Positions 44,613 through 52,255 of a DNA stretch of 52,255 nucleotides are shown here, piece by piece (within the stretch, counting starts at the first letter, position 1; each line of letters begins with the position of its first letter). The notes beneath the pieces are model-generated. The model made no database searches and was not told where the DNA came from. It saw only the letters and a program-made list of their open reading frames with translations. A program made the position numbers and the translations under genes. The stretch lies in assembly GCA_016178155.1 (NCBI GenBank), contig JACOTZ010000166.1:1-52255 (forward strand), written 5' to 3'. Source of the stretch: Acidobacteriota bacterium. GTDB lineage: Bacteria; Acidobacteriota; Terriglobia; Bryobacterales; Bryobacteraceae.

Positions 44613-45818
44613 ATGACACGAACAATCGGCAGCATTGCATTCATCCTCGCTCTGCTCAGCGGCTGCTCGAGAGAGCGGACGCAACCGGCCGTTCAAGCCT
44701 CCACGAAATCGCCCGAACCGCTCGCGGTGCGGGTCGCGACCGCCGAGTCGCGCCGCGTCGACCGCATCATCGCGTTGACGGGAAGCCTGCATCCGGATGA
44801 GACCGTCAATCTGAGCGCCGAAGTTCCGGGACGGATTGCCGCCATTCATGCCGATTTCGGCCAGCCCGTGCGGCGGGGACAGGTACTGGTTGAGCTCGAT
44901 CGGCGGGAGTTGGCACTACAGGTCGAGCGCAGTCGCGCTTCGCTGTCGCAGGCGTTGGCCCGCATCGGCCTCGACGCGGGACAGGAAAACGCCAAGCCCG
45001 AGTCGACGCCGGCCATCCGGCAGGCGCTCGCGCAAATGGAGGACGCCCGCTCCAAGTTCGAGAACGCACAGCGGCTGATCCGGACCGGGGACATCTCGCA
45101 GGAGAGGTTCAGCGAGCTTGATAAGACCTACCGCGCCCGCCAGGCCGCCCTTGAAGCCGCGCGCGACGAGATGCGCACCCAGCTCGCGGCCATCCAGGCA
45201 ATGGGTGCGGAGCTGAAGCTGGCCGAGAAGCGGCTGGGCGATACCACGGTGCGTGCGCCGTTCGACGGCGCCGTATCGCAGAAGCTGGTTTCGCCCGGGC
45301 AGTACCTCAAAGAGAACACGCCGATTCTGACGCTGGTGAAGACCTATCCGATGCGGCTGCGCGTCGACATGCCGGAAAGCGCAGCCGGCCTCGTGCGGGT
45401 CGGCAGCTCGCTCACCTTCACTACGGATGCCGCCCCGGAGGCCCGCTTCCGCGCCGTCGTCCGTGAGCTGAATCCTTCGCTCGATGCGAGATCGCGCTCG
45501 CTCTCCGCGGAAGCGCGCCTGGTCTCGGGCGATCCGCGGCTGCGTCCCGGCATGTTCGTGCAGGTCGAGCTCGTGACCGCCCGGCAGGACCAGGTGGTTG
45601 TGGTGCCGCGGCAGGCTCTCTACCAGGTCGCCGGGCTGACCAAGCTGTTCGTGATTCGCGGCGGCCGTGCCGTGGAGCGCAAGATCCCACCCGGACAGCA
45701 ACTGGGCGACTGGACCGAAGTCCCCCGAGCCGTGCTCTCCCCCGGCGAGCAGGTCGCCGTCAGCAACCTGGCGCAACTCACCCATGGGGCGGCGGTCCGC
45801 ACCCAGCCGCAGAGTTGA
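44613..45818 (+). CDS. RND efflux periplasmic adaptor (membrane fusion protein), lipoprotein
   Basis: ORF trimmed to MTRTIGSIAFILALLSGC (lipobox), followed by HlyD-like coiled-coil and beta-barrel regions. Confidence 0.88.
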   Translation: MTRTIGSIAFILALLSGCSRERTQPAVQASTKSPEPLAVRVATAESRRVDRIIALTGSLHPDETVNLSAEVPGRIAAIHADFGQPVRRGQVLVELDRRELALQVERSRASLSQALARIGLDAGQENAKPESTPAIRQALAQMEDARSKFENAQRLIRTGDISQERFSELDKTYRARQAALEAARDEMRTQLAAIQAMGAELKLAEKRLGDTTVRAPFDGAVSQKLVSPGQYLKENTPILTLVKTYPMRLRVDMPESAAGLVRVGSSLTFTTDAAPEARFRAVVRELNPSLDARSRSLSAEARLVSGDPRLRPGMFVQVELVTARQDQVVVVPRQALYQVAGLTKLFVIRGGRAVERKIPPGQQLGDWTEVPRAVLSPGEQVAVSNLAQLTHGAAVRTQPQS

Positions 45819-45821
45819 ACC

Positions 45822-48800
45822 ATGCAGAAACTCGCGGAAATATGCGTCCGCCGGCCGGTCTTCGCGACCATGCTCATCCTCGCGCTCACCGTGCTTGGCC
45901 TCGATGCCTACCGCAAACTCGGCGTCGACTTCTTTCCCACCATCGACTTTCCCTTCGTAACCGTGACCACCACCCTACGCGGCGCCTCTCCCGAGGAGGT
46001 GGAAACGCAGGTCAGTAAGCGCATCGAGGAAGCGGTCAACACCATCGAAGGCATCGACGAGCTGCGCTCCATCTCGGCCGAGGGCGTATCGCAGGTCATC
46101 GTCCAGTTCCTGCTCGAGAAGGACCCGGACATCGCGGCCCAGGAGGTGCGGGACAAGATCTCGCGTGTGCTCTCCGAGCTGCCCGAGGATGCCGACCCTC
46201 CCCTCATCGAGAAAGTCGCGACCGACGCCTCGCCCATTGTCAATGTCGTCATTTCCTCGGGTCGCGAACTGCGCGAGACCACCAAACTCGTCGACGACGT
46301 CATCAAGAAAAATATCGAGTCGCTCGGCGGCGTCGGACAGGTGCGGTTCGTAGGCGATCGCACCCGCCAGATCCAGGTGCAGCTTGACGGGGACAAGCTG
46401 CACGCCTACAACCTGAATATCGAGCAGGTCCGGACCGCGCTCGCGCAGCAGAACGTCGAAATCCCGGGCGGCCGCGTGGATCAGGGTGCCCGCGAGCTTT
46501 CCGTTCGCACCATGGGTCGCGTGGAACGTCCCGGTGATTTCCAGCGCATCACCGTCGCTACCGTGGGCGGGGCGCCCGTGCGGTTGGGCGACATTTCCAC
46601 CGTCCTGGATGGATTCGAGGAGCCGCGCTCGCTTGCGCTGCTCGACGGCGTTCCCGCGGTCGTGCTCGAAGTGCGCAAACAGGCGGGCGCCAACACGCTC
46701 GCCGTGATCCAGCGCCTCAAGGCCCGCATCGGGGAGCTGCAGAAAACCCTCCCCGGCGACTTCCGGGTCTCCTACGCGAGGGACCAATCCACGTTCATCG
46801 AGGGCTCGTTCGAGGCGGTGCGCAGCCATCTGTTGCTGGGCGGCGTCTTTGCCGGCCTGGTGGTCTTCCTGTTCATCCGTAACTGGCGCGCTACCCTGAT
46901 CGCCGCCATCGCCATCCCGGCGTCCATCATCTCCACCTACACCCTCATGAATGCCATGGGCTTTACCCTGAACCAGCTCACCATGCTGGCGCTCGTGCTC
47001 ATGGTGGGCATCGTCATCGATGATGCCATCGTCGTCCTCGAAAATATCTTTCGCTTCATGGAGGAGAAGGCGCTTCCACCCATGCAGGCGGCGATCCAGG
47101 GTACGCGGGATATCGGGCTGGCGGTGCTGGCGACCACGCTCAGCCTTGTTGTGATCTTTCTGCCCATCGCGGTCATGGGCGGCCTGGTCGGACGCTTTAT
47201 GTCGAGCTTCGGCTACACCGCTGCCTTCGCCATAATGGTGTCGCTGCTGGTGAGCTTCACCCTGACGCCGATGCTCTGCTCCCGTTTTCTCCGTCCCGGC
47301 TCGGCGAACCTCAACCACGGCACGAAAGAGCGCGGCTTCTTTCGCAAGACGCTGGACGGCTACACCCGCCTGCTCGAGTGGTCGATGCGCCATCGCTGGG
47401 CCGTCGTGGCCCTGGCGACCATCGTCGCGCTCTCCAGCGCTCCGCTGTTCCTGATGATTGGTAAGGACTTCCTGCCCACCGACGACCAGGCTGAGTTTGA
47501 GGTCACTGTGCGCATGCCGCCCGGGTCGTCGCTGCAGGGTTCCGAGAGCGCGATGCGGCAGCTCGAGGCCGAGCTCCGCAAGCTGCCCGGCGTGCGTAAT
47601 CTTTTGATCCTGCTCGGCGCCGACTCCCGCCGGCTGGTGGATCGCGGTTCCATTCTCGTCGAGCTGCTGCCGGAGCAGCAACGCGACTACAGCCAGCGTC
47701 AACTGATGGGCATGGCGCGCGAGCGGCTCTCCCGCCTCAGGGATGTGATCATCGGCGTGCAGCCCCCGGCCATGATCCAGGGCGCGGGCTCCAACGCCGA
47801 GCTGCAGTTCTTCATCCAGGGACCCGACCTTCAGCAGCTCGACGCCTACGCTGCCCGCATCAAACAGAAGCTCGCCGAGGTGCCCGGCATCACCGACCTC
47901 GACAGCTCTTACGAAGCGGGCAAGCCGGAGCTGCGCGTGCATATCAACCGCGATAAAGCCGCGGATCTCAATGTGAGCGTTGCGTCCGTCGCAAACGCCC
48001 TGCGCGTGCTCGTGGGAGGCGACGACCAGGTCACCACCTACCGCGAAGGCGACGACCGCTACAACGTGCAGTTGCGCGTCGATCCCCAGTTGCGCGCCTC
48101 GCCCCAGGCGCTGTCGCAGCTCTTCGTGCCTTCGGCAACCCTGGGCAACGTTCCGGTCGCGAACGTCGCCACCCTCGAGGAGGCGGCCGGTCCCACTCAG
48201 ATCGAGCGCTTCAATCGGCAGCGCCAGATTTTCGTCACCGCAAACTTCGCGCAGGGGCAGTCGTTGAGCAACGTGCTCGAGGTCCTCAACCGCACCATCG
48301 ATGACCTCAAGCTGCCGCCCCAGTACGCGACCGGCCTGCTCGGGCGTAGCAAGGAGTTCGGGCGCACGTCCACTAATTTCGTAATCGCTTTCCTGCTCTC
48401 CTTCGCCTTCATGTACATGATTCTCGCGGCGCAGTTTGAGAGCTTCATCGACCCGGTGACCATTCTGCTCAGCCTGCCGCTCTCCGTGCCGTTTGCGCTG
48501 CTGTCGCTGATGCTCGCGCGCGAGAATTTTTCCGTCATCTATTCCTCGGTCGGCATCCTGGTGCTGTTCGGGATCGTGAAGAAGAACTCGATTCTCCAGA
48601 TCGACCACATCAAGGCTCTCCGCCGCGACGGCCTGATGCGGGCGCAGGCGATCGTCCACGGCTGTCAGGACCGGCTGCGGCCCATCCTCATGACCACGGC
48701 CGCCCTGGTCGCCGGCATGATCCCCCTCGCCGTCGGCGGCGGGCCGGGCTCGGGATCCAGGCGGACGGTCGCCATCGTTGTCATCGGCGGCCAGACGCTT

Positions 48801-48947
48801 TGCCTGCTCCTCACCCTCCTGGTGACGCCGGTCGCCTACTCGCTGTTCGATGACGTCGCCCAGGCACGCGTCTGGACGAGACTGAGCGAATTTCTGGCCC
48901 GCGGCCGCCGGCGCGCGCTGGCCGGTATCACCGGTTTATACCGCTGA
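45822..48947 (+). CDS. RND efflux transporter permease (AcrB/HAE1-like)
   Basis: 1041 aa. The N-terminus RRPVFATMLILALTVLGLDAYRKLGVDFFP and a 12-TM, two-large-loop architecture. Confidence 0.95.
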   Translation: MQKLAEICVRRPVFATMLILALTVLGLDAYRKLGVDFFPTIDFPFVTVTTTLRGASPEEVETQVSKRIEEAVNTIEGIDELRSISAEGVSQVIVQFLLEKDPDIAAQEVRDKISRVLSELPEDADPPLIEKVATDASPIVNVVISSGRELRETTKLVDDVIKKNIESLGGVGQVRFVGDRTRQIQVQLDGDKLHAYNLNIEQVRTALAQQNVEIPGGRVDQGARELSVRTMGRVERPGDFQRITVATVGGAPVRLGDISTVLDGFEEPRSLALLDGVPAVVLEVRKQAGANTLAVIQRLKARIGELQKTLPGDFRVSYARDQSTFIEGSFEAVRSHLLLGGVFAGLVVFLFIRNWRATLIAAIAIPASIISTYTLMNAMGFTLNQLTMLALVLMVGIVIDDAIVVLENIFRFMEEKALPPMQAAIQGTRDIGLAVLATTLSLVVIFLPIAVMGGLVGRFMSSFGYTAAFAIMVSLLVSFTLTPMLCSRFLRPGSANLNHGTKERGFFRKTLDGYTRLLEWSMRHRWAVVALATIVALSSAPLFLMIGKDFLPTDDQAEFEVTVRMPPGSSLQGSESAMRQLEAELRKLPGVRNLLILLGADSRRLVDRGSILVELLPEQQRDYSQRQLMGMARERLSRLRDVIIGVQPPAMIQGAGSNAELQFFIQGPDLQQLDAYAARIKQKLAEVPGITDLDSSYEAGKPELRVHINRDKAADLNVSVASVANALRVLVGGDDQVTTYREGDDRYNVQLRVDPQLRASPQALSQLFVPSATLGNVPVANVATLEEAAGPTQIERFNRQRQIFVTANFAQGQSLSNVLEVLNRTIDDLKLPPQYATGLLGRSKEFGRTSTNFVIAFLLSFAFMYMILAAQFESFIDPVTILLSLPLSVPFALLSLMLARENFSVIYSSVGILVLFGIVKKNSILQIDHIKALRRDGLMRAQAIVHGCQDRLRPILMTTAALVAGMIPLAVGGGPGSGSRRTVAIVVIGGQTLCLLLTLLVTPVAYSLFDDVAQARVWTRLSEFLARGRRRALAGITGLYR

Positions 48948-48974
48948 CTCGGGCATCAGTGTACAAGTAAGAAT

Positions 48975-50627
48975 ATGTTCCGCGCGTTGTTTCTCTTCCT
49001 ATCTCTCGCGGCTGCGGCGGCGGCACAGCCGCGCACGGAGACGCCTCCGCCCCGCGTCGGGGTCACCATCACGCAACGCCATCTCAGCCTTCAGGAGGCG
49101 ATCGAGATGGCTCTCAAGTCCAATCTCGAGATCGAGATCGAAAAGACGAACCGCGATACCGCCGAGGAGGCCGTCCAGGCCGCCCGCGGCTTCTTCGATC
49201 CCACCTTCCGCTGGGTGCCGCTGCTCGAGACCCGCAACACACCCACCGGTTCCGTGCTGCAGAGCGCGACCGGCAAGCTCACCGACCGCTTTCTGGCGCA
49301 GAATTTTTATCTGCGCCACCGTCTGCGCGGCGGCGGCACGCAACTGAGCCTCGATTTCGAGAACATGCGCCAGGCGACCAATAACCCGTTCACCTCGTTC
49401 ACGCCGTTCCTCACCTCGCGGCTCGCGGTCGGCTTCACCCAGCCTCTGGCGCGCGGCCGCTCCAACGATCGCGAGCGCGCCGAGTTCCGGATCCGCCGCA
49501 CGCACGTGGACAGCTCGCGCGTGGATTACGAGCTCCGCGTCATCGACGTGGTCACGCGGGTGCAACAGGCCTACTGGGACGTCGTGGCCGCGCGCCAGGA
49601 CGTCATCGTCAAAGCCGACGGGGTCGGATGGGCGCGCGAGCAGCTTGCGCTCAATCAGCGCATGGTGAACGCCGGGACGCTTGCGCCGGTCGAGCTGGCC
49701 GCGGCCGAAGCGGAGCTGCAGCGCCGTCTCGATAACTGGTATGCCAGCGTGGGCGTTGTCACGGAGACCGAAAACGCGCTGAAGACATTGCTCGTGGCCG
49801 ATCGTTCCGATTCGTTGTGGCAGGACGAGATCGTCCCGAGCGATGAGCAGATGCTCGAATCCGCGCCCGAGAATGAGTACCAGCCCGCGGTTTCGCAGGC
49901 CTTGCGGAAACGGCCCGAGCTGCGCTCGGTCGACCTTCGCCGCCAGACTAACGACGTCGAGAAAGCGCTCGCGGCCGACCTGCGCAAGCCCCAGTTCAAT
50001 TTGATCGGCCAGTATTCGTTGAACGGCCTGGCGGGCACGCTGCGTCCGGGAAGCAACCCGTTCAGTGAATCCAACGCCGCTCTGGTCCAGCGAGTCAATG
50101 ACCTGTCCGTTCTTTACGGCCTGCAGCCGCTCACGCCCATATCCTTCGGAGCGGCGCCCGGCTTTCTCGTGGGCAATTACGGCACGGCGATCGAGAACCT
50201 GTTCGGCGGCCGCTATCAGTCCTTCCAGGTAGGGCTCGCGCTCGACCTCACCTTGCGCAATCGCACGGCCGAGGCCAACTACGCGCAAAGCGTCATCGCC
50301 GAGAAGCGCCTCAAGCTCGAGCGCGCGCGCCTCGAACAGTTGATCGAAGCCCAGGTGCGGAACGCCTTACAGGCGATCGAGACCGCCCGCCAGCGCATCC
50401 TCGCGGCCGAAGCCGGCGCCCGCGCCGCCAGCGAGAAGCTCGAGAGCGAGACCCGCCTCTACCAGAACGGCGAATCCACCAACTTCCTGGTGCTCACCCG
50501 CCAGAACGAGTACACCGATTCGCGCCGCCGCGTCCTGGTGGCCCGGCTTGATTTCAACAAGAGTGTCGCCCGCCTCGAGCAGGCCCTCGGGTCCACGCTC
50601 GAGCAACACAAGATCGTGCTGAAATAA
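48975..50627 (+). CDS. TolC-family outer-membrane efflux protein
   Basis: Signal peptide, LSLQEAIEMALKSNLEIE, and the duplicated OEP repeat pattern. Confidence 0.88.
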   Translation: MFRALFLFLSLAAAAAAQPRTETPPPRVGVTITQRHLSLQEAIEMALKSNLEIEIEKTNRDTAEEAVQAARGFFDPTFRWVPLLETRNTPTGSVLQSATGKLTDRFLAQNFYLRHRLRGGGTQLSLDFENMRQATNNPFTSFTPFLTSRLAVGFTQPLARGRSNDRERAEFRIRRTHVDSSRVDYELRVIDVVTRVQQAYWDVVAARQDVIVKADGVGWAREQLALNQRMVNAGTLAPVELAAAEAELQRRLDNWYASVGVVTETENALKTLLVADRSDSLWQDEIVPSDEQMLESAPENEYQPAVSQALRKRPELRSVDLRRQTNDVEKALAADLRKPQFNLIGQYSLNGLAGTLRPGSNPFSESNAALVQRVNDLSVLYGLQPLTPISFGAAPGFLVGNYGTAIENLFGGRYQSFQVGLALDLTLRNRTAEANYAQSVIAEKRLKLERARLEQLIEAQVRNALQAIETARQRILAAEAGARAASEKLESETRLYQNGESTNFLVLTRQNEYTDSRRRVLVARLDFNKSVARLEQALGSTLEQHKIVLK

Positions 50628-50700
50628 AGCGCGAACCAAAACTAACCCTGGCGTGATAGCTCGAGGTGGCACGGATCCAGTGCGCACGTATTATGTGTGA

Positions 50701-50928
50701 GTGAACATTACCCTCTCTGTGGACGAGGAGGTCCTCCGGCTCGCCCGGGGGCGGGCGGAGGCTCTCGGAACCAGCGTGAATCAGCTCATCCGTGAATACC
50801 AGGAGCAACTGGCGGGAAAAACCGATCCTGGCGCCGAAGCCGAGGAGTTCGAACGGCTCTCGCGGCGGGCCCAGGGCAGCTCCCGAGGCTGGAAGTTCGA
50901 CCGCGAGGAGATCCACAGACGGCGATGA
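50701..50928 (+). CDS. vapB: VapB-type antitoxin
   Basis: 75 aa. GTG start 7 nt after TATTAT, so the mRNA may be leaderless. A 4-nt ATGA overlap joins it to the PIN gene. Confidence 0.6.
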   Translation: MNITLSVDEEVLRLARGRAEALGTSVNQLIREYQEQLAGKTDPGAEAEEFERLSRRAQGSSRGWKFDREEIHRRR

Positions 50929-51344
50929 ACGGATTGGCGTTTTTTGACACCAACATCCTGATACACGCTGACGATCGTTCAGATCCCAAGAAACGAGCAC
51001 GGGCGATCGCACTGATCGCCGAACACCATCGCCGGCGGTCGTCCGTCCTCTCCCTGCAAGTGATGCAGGAGTACTATGCTGCGGTCACCAGGAAACTCGG
51101 CGTGGATCCGGTGATTGCCCAACGTAAAGTCGAGATCCTCGCCCGCGGCAAGGTCGTCCGCTTTAGTGAACGGGACGTGATCGCCGCCATCCAACTGCAC
51201 CGTCTGACCCGGATTTCATTCTGGGACGCCATGATCGTCCATGCGGCCCGCGCCGCGGGCGCGGCAGTTCTTTACAGTGAGGATCTCCAACATGGCTCCG
51301 TGATAGCCGAAGTCCCGGTGGTTAACCCCTTCCTGGATACCTGA
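50925..51344 (+). CDS. vapC: PIN-domain ribonuclease toxin VapC
   Basis: FFDTNILIHADD (first acidic residue), then SFWDAMIV and YSEDL acidic motifs of PIN domains. Confidence 0.85.
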   Translation: MNGLAFFDTNILIHADDRSDPKKRARAIALIAEHHRRRSSVLSLQVMQEYYAAVTRKLGVDPVIAQRKVEILARGKVVRFSERDVIAAIQLHRLTRISFWDAMIVHAARAAGAAVLYSEDLQHGSVIAEVPVVNPFLDT

Positions 51345-51566
51345 TCGGTGATTCCCCGGGCTTTGTCCCGAGAAAGTCTTCCTGTGTTCACCCACGAAAA
51401 CGAGTACACCGGCTCGCATCTGGCGCCGCGCAAGGGCCGCAGATACAAGGCGCGCAAAGGCTGGCCCCGGAGCGTACTGGACAGTACGTCGAGGACACCG
51501 GCCGAGCGCAACGCAGTAGGTGCAGCCCTTCCGCAAGCCGCAGCAGAGTGCGGATGAGAAATGCGG

Positions 51567-52255
51567 CTAACGCCCCGCCATCGGCAGTCCCGCCGCCGCG
51601 TGGCCTTCTTCGATAAAGATGAGACCGTCGTACCCCTTCGCCATCGCCTCCAGCGAGAAGTTGGCCTCGGGATCCCCGATCATCCAGATCGCGCCGAGCG
51701 AGCGGAACCGGTGCGGCTGCAGGAGCCAGCGGGCAAGCCCGCTTTCGGCCGGCAGCGATTTCATGTCGAGGAAGAAGATCGGCATCCCGGCAGCGCTGAA
51801 CACGGCATCCCCTGTTCCCTCGGGCGACGGCGGCACGACATGATTGCGCAAACCGGCCCCCCTGCCCTTTTCCATCCCGACGGCGCGCACTTCGCCGCGG
51901 CGGAACGCAAATCCGAGGACATACATCTGCTTGCCATAACGCTCGGCCAGCCAGTTCCCCATCCATTTCACGCCGTACTCTTCTGCCCTGCGCACGTGTC
52001 CGTTGTGGGCCCACAGCACGATCTTCTCTTTCGGGTGCACTTCGCCCGCGAGCCACTGGACATTGCGTGCCATCATCTCGTCGCGATACCCAGATCCAGA
52101 TCCTCCCCCGGGGATTCGCATCGCCGCTGCCTGGCGCACGATCTCGGCGGCCTGCCGTGCATTGCGCCAGGCCTCGGGCGACGACGCCTTGACCAGCGCC
52201 TCGCGCCGTGCGTCGAACAGCGCGACCACCTTCTCCGCCTGCTCCGCCGCCGCGG
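51567..52255 (-). CDS. Erythromycin esterase (Ere/ChaN-like) family protein, C-terminal part; gene runs off the window
   Basis: YRDEMMARNVQWL and IVLWAHNGHV motifs. The reading frame stays open upstream of the listed GTG through to position 52255. Confidence 0.75.
   Translation of the reverse strand, partial: AAAEQAEKVVALFDARREALVKASSPEAWRNARQAAEIVRQAAAMRIPGGGSGSGYRDEMMARNVQWLAGEVHPKEKIVLWAHNGHVRRAEEYGVKWMGNWLAERYGKQMYVLGFAFRRGEVRAVGMEKGRGAGLRNHVVPPSPEGTGDAVFSAAGMPIFFLDMKSLPAESGLARWLLQPHRFRSLGAIWMIGDPEANFSLEAMAKGYDGLIFIEEGHAAAGLPMAGR

Overview
GC-rich bacterial chromosomal window. All family calls are by eye from motifs; no searches were run. The gene content suggests Acidobacteriota (Solibacter/Bryobacter-like): three TonB-dependent receptors over 1000 aa with N-terminal carboxypeptidase-regulatory-like domains, and Tat-exported Gfo/Idh/MocA and xylose-isomerase-like enzymes. 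This lineage call is inference only.

Housekeeping genes: midA-like methyltransferase, rlpA, a sensor-less sigma-54 activator, a GT4 glycosyltransferase, a split methylmalonyl-CoA mutase catalytic subunit, trmFO-xerC, dnaK-dnaJ-hspR, tRNA-Val(TAC) and gmd-fcl.

Accessory modules:
1. A ModA-like binding protein plus a TonB receptor.
2. A tightly packed operon (26657-31692, minus strand) next to a TonB receptor. It encodes a SelA-related PLP enzyme, a metallo-amidohydrolase, a triple-RidA fusion and an HpcH aldolase, and all four carry export signals. This is the best candidate for an undescribed system: a periplasmic deacylation, deamination and aldol-cleavage pathway.
3. A sialic-acid locus: GntR regulator, TonB receptor, sialidase, NanA-like lyase and MFS transporter.
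4. A TetR-regulated RND efflux operon.
5. A vapBC pair.
6. A partial erythromycin-esterase-family gene at the 3' edge.

Non-coding observations:
- A roughly 70-77 nt palindromic REP-like repeat family with at least 3 copies.
- A self-contained promoter-to-terminator unit encoding a 23-aa Lys/Ala-rich peptide.
- Several operator-like palindromes and tandem repeats.
- An atypical lower-GC stretch at 6265-7026.

Most long antisense ORFs in the track are GC-driven shadows of the real genes.
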